Source of the DNA: the human T2T-CHM13v2.0 reference genome, Homo sapiens
Direction: 5' to 3' (one strand)
DNA: 64,000 nucleotides
Assembly: GCF_009914755.1 (NCBI RefSeq)
Contig: NC_060930.1
In this document: piece after piece, positions 52,201-64,000 of the stretch
Layout of the letters: each line of letters starts with the position of its first letter
Numbering within the stretch: the first letter of the stretch is position 1
Translations under genes and position numbers: made by a program
The notes under the pieces: generated by a model
Told to the model about the DNA's origin: nothing
The model's database searches: none
Seen by the model: only the letters and a program-made list of their open reading frames with translations

Positions 52201-53774
52201 AATTAAGAAAAATATTTTGAATTGAAAATGAGAACACAACATGTAAATATTTGGGCAGGTCAAATAAAAAAGTAAAATTTATTTCATGTGTGAATATGAG
52301 ATGATAAGGAAGACCTAAAAATAATGATCTAAGTCTCCATCTTAAAAGCTAGAAAAGCAAGATAAGTTACATTTAAAGGCAAATAAATTTTAAAAAATGA
52401 TAAAAGAAGAAATCAGTGAAATAGGAAACAAACTATAGAGAAAATTCAGTGAAACCAAAATACGAGTTTTAAAAGATTAATAAATTTGGAAAAACCTCTT
52501 AGCTAATCAAGAAGATAAAAGAAAAGTCACAATTTAAATGTCAATAATAAAAGGGGACATCACTACAGAGCTCACACTGAAAAAGATAATAAATGAATAC
52601 CAGAAATAAATTTATTCCAATGAATTTGAAATGTTAAAGTAGGTAAATCCTTTAAAAGCATGAATTATCAAAAGCAGTATTCAAAGGAATAGAAAACCTA
52701 ATATCCCTATATTTATTAAATAAATTGAATTTGTAATTAAAATCCTTTCAACAGAAATTTAGGCCCTGTTGTGATACGTGGTGATTTTTTTCTTACTTTC
52801 AATAAATAAATAATGCTAAACAACTCTTTCAGAAAGCAGAGGGGAAAGGAATACATTCCAACTTATTTTATGAGGCTGGTATTGTCTGACACTAAACCAG
52901 ACAATTGTTTCAAACAATATTAAACACAAATTTCTCCCGTTAATATAGGTCCACATATCTTAACATACCATTTGAAAATAAACTTTAGTTGTATATAAAA
53001 AGAATGCTATCTCATTACTAAAGGTGTTTTATCCTAGGAATGAACATTTGGATTAACATCAAAAAATCAAATCACGTATTTCACCATATTAGTAGCATAT
53101 AAAAGAGAAAATTTGCCTCAGTTGAAAAACTCAACATGCATTCATGTTAGTAAAGATGGCCAGCAAAGTAGTAATTTTAAATACTCCCTTAAACTGATAA
53201 AGGACAGAAACCAAAATTTATAGCTACTTAGACTGGTTAATAACAAAATTATTTCTAGGTAAAAGTCAGTAATATGAAATGGGTTATCTTGTCATCACTT
53301 CTGTTAGCTGTTGTACTGGAATCCTAGTCAGTCGAACAAAGCAAGAAAAGAATATAAAAGACATACAAAGCAGAAAGAAGAGTAAAATTGCCTTTGGTCA
53401 CAGATGACATAATAGGTGTCTACAAAACGACTACTAGAACTAAAGAGTGAACTTACCAAGCTTGCAAGAAACAAGGGCAATATACAAAATCAATTGCATT
53501 TCTATATACCAGTAATGAACAATTAGGAAATTAAAAACCAAGTGTTTTTACAATAGAATACTCAGTAATTAATTAAATATGTACAATCCTCTACAATGAA
53601 AATCACAAATTACTTTTGGAAATCCTCTACAGTAAAAATGACAAATAACTTTTAGAGAGAAATTGAATATATGAAGCAATATATGTTATACATTGAAAAA
53701 CTATTTGTTACAGTGACAATAATGCTTAAATTGATCTATACATTTAATACAATAATTTTTTCATTTGGAACCAT

Positions 53775-54740
53775 TTTATATTTTTGTACTTTTTGATTTT
53801 TTATTTTTGTGGGTACATAAGTGTATATATTTATCCGCTTTATGAGATGTTTTGATACAGACATGTGGTATGAAATAATCATATCATGGAGAATGGGTTA
53901 TCCATACCCTTCAAGCATTTATCATTTGTGTTAAACAATCTAATTACACTCTTATTTTCAAATGTCCATTTAAGTTATTATTGACTATACTCACCCTGTT
54001 GTGCTATCAAATAGTAGGTCTTATTCATTCTTTCTAACCATTTACCACTCTTTCTAACCATTTACCATTCTTTCTAAGCATTTACCATTCCCCCTTCCTC
54101 CTCAGCCCCTATCTACCCTTCCCAGCCTCTGGTAACCATCCTTCTACTCTTTAGTTCCATAAGTTCAATTGTTTTGAATTTAGATCACACAAATAACTGA
54201 GAACATGTTATGTTTCTCTTTCTGTGCCTGGCTTATTTTACATAATGTAATAATCTCCAGTTCCATTCATGTTGCAAATGACAGTATCTCATTCTATTTT
54301 ATGGCTGAATAGCACTCCACTGTTTATATATGCCACATTTTCTTTATCCATTCCTCTGTTGATGGATACATAGGTTGCTTCCAAATATTACCTTTGTAAA
54401 CAGTGCTGCAGCAAACATGGAAGTGCAGATATCTCTTCAATATACTGATTTCCTTTCTTTTGGGTATATATCCAGCAGTGGGATTGCTGAATCATATGGT
54501 AGCCCATATTTTAGTTTTCTGAGGAACCTCCAAACTTTCCTCCATAGTGATTGTACTAATTTACGTTCCCAACAACAGTGTACCAGGGTTCCCTTTTCTC
54601 TACATCTCACCAGTATTTGTTATTGCTTGTCTCTAGGATATAAGCCATTTTAACTGGGGTGAGATAACATCTCATTGTAGTTTTGATTTGCATTTCTCTG
54701 ATGATCGGTGATGTTGAGCCCCGTTTCATATGTCTGTTTG
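53775..54740 (-). mobile_element. L1MA2/3-like 3' fragment
   Basis: TTTTTGTGGGTACAT...CATGGAGAATGGGTTATCC...GTGCAGATATCTCTTCAATATACTGATTTCC...GAGGAACCTCCAAACT. Confidence 0.9.
54026..54090. repeat. 20-bp tandem repeat, about 3.25 copies
   Basis: CATTCTTTCTAACCATTTAC / CACTCTTTCTAACCATTTAC / CATTCTTTCTAAGCATTTAC / CATTC. Confidence 0.9.
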
Positions 54741-55872
<1,132 letters not shown>

Positions 55873-57309
55873 AAGAGATAAAACCATACAAATTTTTAAA
55901 GAAAACATAGGAGAAAATATTTGGCTTTGATTTAGGCAAACTTTAAAAAATAGAACACAGAGATAACAGCCATTAAAAAATGATAACTTGGACCACAACA
56001 AAATTAAAAGCTATTACCCTTTGAAAGCCATGGTTAGGAAAATAAACAGCAACCCACCAATGTCAGGAAAATATTCTGAGTGAAGATAAGTATTTAGCTA
56101 ATTTTTACAAAACAATTATTAGAAGTGTCTATCACAAGATTTGAATAGACACTTAACAAAAGAAGCTATTCACATGCGCAATGCACAACCAATCAACAGG
56201 AAATTAAAAATAAAACCACTATTGAATACTACTACACAAAAACATAGAATGACTAAAACTGAATAAGACTAGCAATACAAATTTTGGCATAGATGTAGAG
56301 CAAATAGACCTCTTAAATCTTACTGGTAAAAATTCAAAATCAAAACAGCAACATTGGAAAAAAGTTAAGCAGCTTTTTAGGTAGTTAAATATATGACCAG
56401 CATATGACCCAGTAATTCCACTATTAGGTTTTTATATAAGACTGAATGAAATGTATTGACAAAGACACATGAATGTGTGTAGCAGTATAACTAATAATTG
56501 TCAAAAACTAGAAACAAATGATCATTAACTGGTGAATGGATAAACAAATTGAGGCATATTTATTTAACTAAATTCTACTCTATTAAATGCTGTCTAGCAA
56601 TACAAGAGAACAAACTACTCTTATATGTAATAATACAGATAAATTCCAAAAACTCATTTTTAATGAAATAAATCAAACAAGTATTTCTATTTTTATAAAA
56701 TTCTAGAAGGCAAAATTATATTTACTGGAAGCAGATCATTGATTGCCTAGGGCTAGGAGTACAAAGAGACATGAAACATTTGGGAGATGGAAATGTTCTA
56801 TAAGTTGATTTTCATGGTGGGGATATGCTTATATACATTTGTCAAAATTCATTGAACTGTGTATTTAAAAATGGATGAATTAGAATATGCAAAGTACACC
56901 TTTAGAAAGCTGCTAAAAATAAATAAGCACAATAAGGAAGGTATAGAACATACTTGAGAATACATAACTCTTTTGCTTTCTTGAAATTATGCTTTTTTTT
57001 ATAGTCTCTTTATCCTGTTTAGTGAATACAGATATTCACTAATTCTGCTTTGACTCTCTAATGATCTCTTACAGTCACTTTGTATAAGATGATGTTCTTA
57101 CGTGCATTTTGAACTGTATGGCTTATCACTTCATTATGGTTTATCACTTCAGTACTAATCTTTTTCCTGAGACACAGGCCCACATTCCCAATAGCTTTCT
57201 AGACATTCCTACTTATGTGTTCCAGCACATAGTTACATGTTTTTGCAAGGTAAAAAAATAGGATTTAATATCAATACCTCCAAATTGGAAAAATTATTAT
57301 AACTTTCCC

Positions 57310-57510
57310 ATACTGAACCTTAGCTAATAGTAGGTACTGTGAAGATTAGTGAACATTTCCTCATCTAATTTTTACAAAAATGGTTCATTTGTTATTAACT
57401 TTTTTTTTCACAAATGACATATCTGAAACTCAGAGAAGTTAAACAAGTTTTCCAAAGTAATACAACTAGTAAGAGGTTGAGATAATTATCAAGTTCTTAA
57501 GCCTGGAATG
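57310..57510 (-). mobile_element. MIR
   Basis: CTGAAACTCAGAGAAGTTAAACAAGTTTTCCAAAGTAATACAACTAGTAAG. Confidence 0.7.
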
Positions 57511-57518
57511 TACTGTAG

Positions 57519-57836
57519 TTATTTATTTATTTATTATTGCTATTATTACTGAGACAGAGTCTCTGTCACCCAGGCTGAAGTGCAGTGGCATGATCTCGGC
57601 TCACTGCAACCTCCACCTTCCGGGTTCAAGTGAGTTCAAGCAATTCTTGTGCCTCAGCTTCCCGAGTAGCTGGGATTACAGGTGTGCTCCAACATACCAG
57701 GCTAATTTTTGTATTTTTGTTAGAGACCGCGTTTCACCCTGTTGGCCAGGCTGGTCTTGAACTCCTGGCTCAAATGATTCACCTCCCTCTACCTCTCAAA
57801 GTGCTAGGATTATAGGCATGAGCCATCACCCCAGCC
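57519..57836 (-). mobile_element. AluS (Sx-like)
   Basis: (TTAT)n tail, full antisense dimer, degenerate TSD AATGTACTGT/AATACACTGT. Confidence 0.93.
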
Positions 57837-57964
57837 AATACACTGTTACTTTTAAAGAAGACCATACAGGGTTGAATTTTGAGCAATTATTTATTCTTCT
57901 CTGTTTCTTGTACCATATGGTAAGAATCACTATAGCTCTTTTTATGTTGGTTCTGCATTTATTT

Positions 57965-58175
57965 TCTGTTTGGCCTTGATTAAATTATTCAACAGCCAAG
58001 TCTCAGTTTCCTTTTCTCTTAAATTGGGCACTAATAGCAACCACATAATTAGTTAAAAGACATAATAATAACTCATAAAATGATTTAAAATACTAATAAT
58101 TTAACATACTAATAATTTAACATATGTAATGTGTCTAATGTAGTGCCTGTAAAATAGTAATTGTTGTTCAGTAAG
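57965..58175 (+). mobile_element. MIR
   Basis: GTCTCAGTTTCCTTTTCTCTTAAATTGGG...TAGTGCCTGTAAAATAGTAA. Confidence 0.65.
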
Positions 58176-59105
58176 TACGTAAAAGTAACTATTATCTGTT
58201 TTTCTAATAAATCAATGCACCCCTTCTTTCTCTTTCACTCTACTGTGACTCTAGTAAAGGTCTACCTTATGTCCTCTTAAACCATAACAATATTTTACTA
58301 TGCCCTCCTCTCTGCCCTGAACACAGCTATTGCCCTTAATATCCTTGTACATAATTGGCAGCATATTACTTTTTGAGTCAAATGCTTTAATTCTCTATTG
58401 CCTACCTAATAAATTCTGTACTTCTTAGTCTTTATAATCTTTCAATGAATTGATATTAATCTCATATCTCTTATTCCAGAAAAAGGGTTGTACTTGTTGA
58501 GTTGATATTTCCTAGTTCTATCTTGTACTTTTTTTCCCTTTAAATATTGGATGATGCTGTTCTTTTTATGCCAAAAGTAATTATCTCTGATTTTAATCTA
58601 TTATGTTTATGTGTCAAGATAGAGTTAAAATTTAGCCACTTCGATGAATCCTCTTCTGTTACTGTCAGATGATGATGAACCCCATTTCCTTTGAAATTTA
58701 TGACTCTTATTCACTGAACAAGGTAAGGAGGAAAGTAAGGTACAAAGGGCAGAGGAGTTTGAGTCGAGAGACTTAGATTTATTTTCTGAGTCTTTTAAGA
58801 CCTACTAGTAAAATCACAGACATGTCATTTTATGGTTTCTGAGGGTCAAATATCAGAGTATTTGTTGTGATCCATAGAGCAATGTGTAACTATTGGTTAT
58901 AATAACTACTAGTACACATCTTTTTGTAAACTACCACCTAGTATAGATAATTCTTTGATATTGAAATTCTGATATTGAATGGGGACCTCTCAGGAATTAA
59001 GAAACTATAACATTTTTCAAAATACAGATATAAATTATGACACATCTGTCTTATGAAGTGTCATGATGCTTTTCAAAATAAAATTTCTCAAATATTTAAG
59101 GGAGA

Positions 59106-60628
59106 CTATTCATGTCCTTCGCCCAATTTTTAACGGGGTTATTTTCTTGTAAATTTGCTTAAGTTCCTTGTAGATTCTTGATATGAGAATTTGTCAGGTG
59201 GATAGATCGCAAACATTTTCTCCCATTCCATAGATTGTCTGTTTACTCTGATGATAGTTTCTTTTGCTGTGCAGAAGCTCTTTTGTTTAATTAGATCTTG
59301 TTTGTCAATATTTGCTTTTGTTGCAATTGCTTTTGGGGATTTTGTCTTAAAATCTCTGCCCATGCCTGTGTCCTGAATGGTATTGCCTAGATTTTCTTCA
59401 AGGGTTTTTATAGTTTGGGGTTTTACATTTAAGTCTTTAATTTATCTTAAATTAATTTTTGTATACGGTATAATGAAGAGGGTCCAGTTGCAATTACCTG
59501 CATATGGCTAGCCAGTTCTCCCAGCATCATTTACTAAATAGGGAATCCTTTCCCCATTGCTTGTTTTTGTCATGTTTGTTGAATATCAGTCGGTTGTAGA
59601 TGTGTGGTCTTATTTCTGAGTTCTCTATTCTGTTCCACTGGACTATGTGTCTGTTTTTGTACAAGTACCATGTCATTTTGGTTACTGTAGCCTTGTAGTC
59701 TAGTTTGAAGTCTGGTAGCATGATGCTTCCAGCTTTGTTCTTTTTGCTTAGGATTGTCTTGGCTATACCATCTCTTTTTTGGTTCCATACGAATTTTAAC
59801 ATAGTTTTTTCTAATTGTGTGAAGAATGTCAGTGGTAATTAAATGGGAATAGCATTGAATCTATAAATTATTTTGGCCAGTATGGCCATTTTCACAATAT
59901 TGATTCTTCTTATCCATGAGCATGGAATGCTTCTCCATTTGTTTGTGTCCTCTCATTTCCTTGAGTAGTGGTTTGTAGTTCTCCTTGAAGAAGGCCTTCA
60001 CTTCTCTTGTTAGCTGTATTCCTAGGTATGTTATTCTCTTTGTAGCAATTATGAATGGGAATTAATTATGTTTTGGCTCTGCTTGCCTGCTGTTGGTATA
60101 TAGGAACGCTTGTGACTTTTGCATAAAGATACAGGCATGCATATGTTCATTGCAGCACTATACACAATAGTAAAGACATGGAATCAACCCAAATGCCCAT
60201 CTATGATAGACTGGATAAAGAAAATGTGGCACATATACATCGTGGAATACTATGCAACCATAAAAATGAACAAGATCCTGTCCTTTGCAGGGACATGGAT
60301 GGAGCTGGAAGGCATTATCCTCAGCAAACTAATGCAGGAACAGAAAACCAAACACCTCATGTCCACATTTATAAGTGGGAGTTGAACAATGAGAACCATG
60401 GACACAGGAAGGAAAAAACCACACACTGGGGCCTGCCACAGGGTGGGATGGCGGGGAGGGAGAGCATTAGGAGAAAATAGCTAATGCATGCTGCTCTCAG
60501 TACCTAGGTGATGGGTTGATAAGTAGAGCAAAACACGATGGTACACACTTACCTATGTAACAAACCTGCATATCTGGCGCATGTACCCCAGAACTTAAAA
60601 TAAAATTAAAATTAAAAAATAACAAAAA
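59106..60628 (+). mobile_element. L1PA (about PA8-10), 5'-truncated with inversion: 59106-60123 antisense, 60122-60628 sense
   Basis: Minus-strand ORF2 fragments ([21 protein letters not shown]; LKFVWNQKR...LPDFKL) abut the plus-strand ORF2 end (FIAALYTIVKTWNQPKCPS), 3' UTR and A tail; TSD core GAGACTA. Confidence 0.95.
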
Positions 60629-60699
60629 TGAGAGACTACAATCTCTTCTTAAAAAATAGAACAGGCTAGAAAATTAGAAAAAAAAGGGAAGGGGTCTTA

Positions 60700-60920
60700 A
60701 AAACCAGATTGCCTGGGCTTAAAATTCAGCACCAAGCAGTTAGTACCTTGAGACATTTGGATAAATTACTTACTCTCTCTGCATTTTAACCACATTTGTT
60801 TAATGGTAAAAAGAACATACCTCATAGGACTGCTGTGACTGATGATTCACTAAGATAATATGTGGAAAATATGTAGTAACACTGTAGGCACGTTGCCAAT
60901 ATACAATATTGACAATTATA
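60700..60920 (+). mobile_element. MIR
   Basis: CAGATTGCCTGGGCTTAAAATTC...TTGGATAAATTACTT...TACCTCATAGGACTGCTGTGA. Confidence 0.7.
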
Positions 60921-61321
60921 ATAAGCCTATAGATAAATAATAATACCAAAATTGTTTAAAAAATAGTTCTCTTTAGGAGAGGAGATGATAGATCTAATTT
61001 TGATTTTCTGCTATAGATTTTTCCCTGTGTACTCTATTTATCTACAATAGGAACAAATTATTTTTAAATTCATTTCTAGCAAATATAAAGACATATTTTA
61101 ATTGTTAGTTCATTTGCAAATAGGCACAAGTCAGTTTACACAATCTATGAATTAAGCTCAGTGAAGTTCTATTTGTGTTACTTTAGGTATTCCAGGTCAG
61201 GACTCTGCACATTAGGAACCAATGGCTGGAAAGAGCATACTTAAGGAATCATTAGTGAGTACAAGCTACAGGTCTCACCAGTTTCCTGTACCATTTGTAG
61301 GCAAGTGTGGTGAGTATTATC

Positions 61322-61821
61322 CAGTGGTTTGTAGGTAAATGTTAATAACTAGCTCTCCAGAAATAGAAAGTTCTGATTTGTAGTGTTTGCTTATCTTTAT
61401 AGCTTAAAACATTCACCCACCATGACTGATATCAAGCTATTAACATGGTGTCACTGAACAAAGACTTGGGAAAAGATGTATAGTAGCATATACCATTGTA
61501 TAGGATCTCCACCATATAGCCACCATAGATGTGGCTATTATTCGTTATGAAAAGCTAACAAATATAATAACATTATAACATATTAATATATTTTAACAAA
61601 ATTATGTTAATATATTTAATAAAAGGCATAAAATACCTAAGAAGTAATGAGATTTGGGTATTTATTACTTTTATTTTTAATCTGATGTATTTAACTGTAA
61701 GTTTCTAAGTTTCAATAATTTAAATTTTATTTGAGGCTGTGCTTAACTACTGACTCATAAAATTTATGAAAATTTTACAGTCTGTTCACGGGAGCTGGCA
61801 TGAATCACCTCCAGCATACTG
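61322..61821 (-). mobile_element. MER63(B)-like hAT-Blackjack DNA transposon
   Basis: Termini CAGTGGTTTGTAGG and CTCCAGCATACTG; CTGATTTGTAGTGTTTGC; TTGGGAAAAGATG. Confidence 0.75.
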
Positions 61822-62139
61822 TTGAGAATATCTCTGAAATTTGTTAGCTCATCCACATACTGTGAATATCTTTGTTTTTAACAATGAAAGCCTATTTCTA
61901 AAAACTCGTCAGAACAGTTGAGAGACTACTATTTTTACATACATGAAAAAGACACTCATTGTTCTATGTAACAGAATGAAAAGTGCTGATTGAGATACTG
62001 ATTGGAGAAGCACTCATCATTTCCTTTGAATTGTGGTTCTTTCAGATAAAATGCTAGCTGACCATCTTGAGCTGTGCACTTTTTAAAATTTGACTCATAA
62101 AGACTTCAGTATTTATCTCAAAAAGATAATAACTATAGT

Positions 62140-63471
62140 TAAATTTTATGTTTTTAGATAATTTTAAACTCACATGCAGTTGTAAAAATATAATACAGAA
62201 AAAGTCCATATCCCATACCCCATACAATTGGAGAGATACTGGGATTTTTCCAGTATCTCTCCAACTGTAATGTCTGCCACTGTTACAGAACAATATCCCC
62301 AGTCAGAATATTGACCTTGGTACAGTCAAAAGATAGAACATTTCCATCATCACAAAGATCCCTCATGTCACCGTTCTTTAGTCACACCCCCTTACATGCT
62401 ACCTATCCTCTTTTTAACCTCTGATTTGTCCTTCATTTCTATAATTTGGTTATTTCTAAAATATTATAAAAATGGAATAATACAATGTATGTTTTATGTT
62501 GCTTTTAACCAAGCAGTATAATTCTCTGAAGATACATTTGATTTTCTGTTTGCATAATTTTTACTCTTTTTCATTGCTGAGTAGTATTTCACAGCATTGA
62601 TATACCATGGCTTATTTATATATTTACCCTTTGAAGGACATGGGTTAATATTAGTTTATGGTATTATGAATAAAACTGTTATGAATACTTGTGTGAAATA
62701 TTTTTGTGAAGATAAGTTTTCATTCTACTGGGACAAATGCCTAGGAGTACATACAATTGCTGGGTTGTGTGGCTTTTGTATGTTAAATTATTTCCAGAGT
62801 GACTATACCATTTTTTATTTTTACCAGCAATTATGAGTGATCCAGTTTCTCCACATCCATGCCAGCATTTGGTATTGCCACTATATTTTATTTTAGTCAC
62901 TGTAATTTTGATTTATATTTCCCTAATGGCTAATGATGTTGAACCTCTTTTTATATGTTTGTTCACTATCTGTATATCTTTAGTGACATTTGTCTCCACT
63001 TTTTTTGTCTTAATTGGACAGTGATATGGCTTGGCTGTGTCCCCGCCCAAATATCATCTTGAATTGTAGTTCCCATAATCCCCATGTGTCATAGGAGGGA
63101 CTCAGTGGGAGGCAATTGAATCATAGGGGTGCTGGCATTATAAGGGGCTTTTCCCCTTTTGCTCGGCTCCCACTCTCTCTCCTGGGACCCTATGAAAAGC
63201 TGCCTTCCTCCGTGATTGTAAGTTTCCTGAGGCCTCCCCAGCCATGCAGAACTGTGAGTCAATTAAATCTCTTTTCTTTTTAAATTATCCAGTCTCTGGC
63301 ATTTCTTCATAGCAATGTCAGAATGGACTAACATAAACAGTTTCCTTTTTATTTTACTATTGTATTTTGATTTACTATTGTGCTTGTGTTTTTAGGATAG
63401 ACACTAAACCTTTGTCAGATATATGGTTTGAAAATATTTCATCTCAGTCTGTCGCTTGTCATTATATCCCC
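62140..63471 (-). mobile_element. L1MC1/2-like 3' region, split by THE1
   Basis: ACTCACATGCAGTTGTAAAAATATAATACAG...AGAACATTTCCATCATCACAAAGATCCCTCATG...CCAGTTTCTCCACATCCATGCCAGCATTTGG. Confidence 0.85.
63022..63335 (+). mobile_element. THE1 (D-like) solo LTR with internal deletion
   Basis: TGATATGGCTTGGCTGTGTCCCC...GTAAGTTTCCTGAGGCCTCCCCAGCCATG...GGACTAACATA; TSD GACAG/AACAG. Confidence 0.92.
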
Positions 63472-63916
63472 TGTGATGGTTAATACTGAGTGTCAACTGG
63501 ATTGGATTGAAGGATACAAAGTATTGATGTTGTGTGTGTCTATGAGGGTGTTGCCAAAAGAGATTAACATTTGAGTCAGTGGGCTGGGGAAGGCAGATCC
63601 ACCCTTAATCTGGTGGGCACAATCTAATCAGCTGCCAGCAAATATAAAGCAGGCAGAAAAATGTGAGAAGGACAGATGGGCCTAACCTACCAGCCCACAT
63701 CTTTCTCCCGTGCTGGATGCCTCTTGCCCTAGAACATCCGACTGCAGGTTCTTCAGTTTTGGGTCTTCTCTCCTTGCTCGTCAGCATGCAGACAGCCTAT
63801 GTGGGACCTTGTGATCATGTAAGTTAATACTTAATAAACTATATATATATAGAGAGACAGAGAGAGAGAGAAAGAGAGAGTGTGTTTATTAGAGTTTATA
63901 TATATGCTTATTATAA

Positions 63917-63996
<80 letters not shown>

Positions 63997-64000
63997 CCTA
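63472..64000 (+). mobile_element. MLT2A (HERV-L) LTR running off the window end
   Basis: TGTGATGGTTAATACTGAGTGTCAACT...GAGATTAACATTTGAGTCAGTG...GTAAGTTAATACTTAATAAACT. Confidence 0.93.
63840..63992. repeat. Compound (TA)n(GA)n microsatellite, two modules
   Basis: Short (TA)(GA) block, spacer, then about (TA)17(GA)21. Confidence 0.95.

Noticed and set aside
59139-60480. L1 ORF2-like ORFs as an active LINE
   Set aside because: 5'-truncated, inverted and frameshifted, with no ORF1 or promoter.

Overview
AT-rich, repeat-dense primate (probably human) non-coding DNA: a gene desert or deep intron. I find no credible protein-coding gene, RNA gene, CpG island or CRISPR array. The ORFs that resemble known proteins are fragments of L1, ERV gag or Alu. 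The window is a layered record of transposition: MIR/L2 and hAT fossils, two near-complete ancient L1M skeletons, many solo LTRs and seven Alus. A complete MSTA element is nested in MLT1D with an exact TSD. A decayed MER4-group (MER66-like) provirus of about 6.9 kb retains an Arg-tRNA PBS plus gag and integrase relics, and hosts an AluY and a HERV-H solo LTR with a repeat array. An L1PA shows a twin-priming inversion. The most notable local structures are a template-switch hairpin at 62223-62269, a probable Alu-associated deletion at 54740, an inverted Alu pair, and a STAT/BCL6-plus-octamer block kept in both proviral LTRs. I see no evidence for a new biological system. Subfamily names come from remembered consensus sequences and need RepeatMasker/Dfam confirmation; boundaries without a TSD are approximate.
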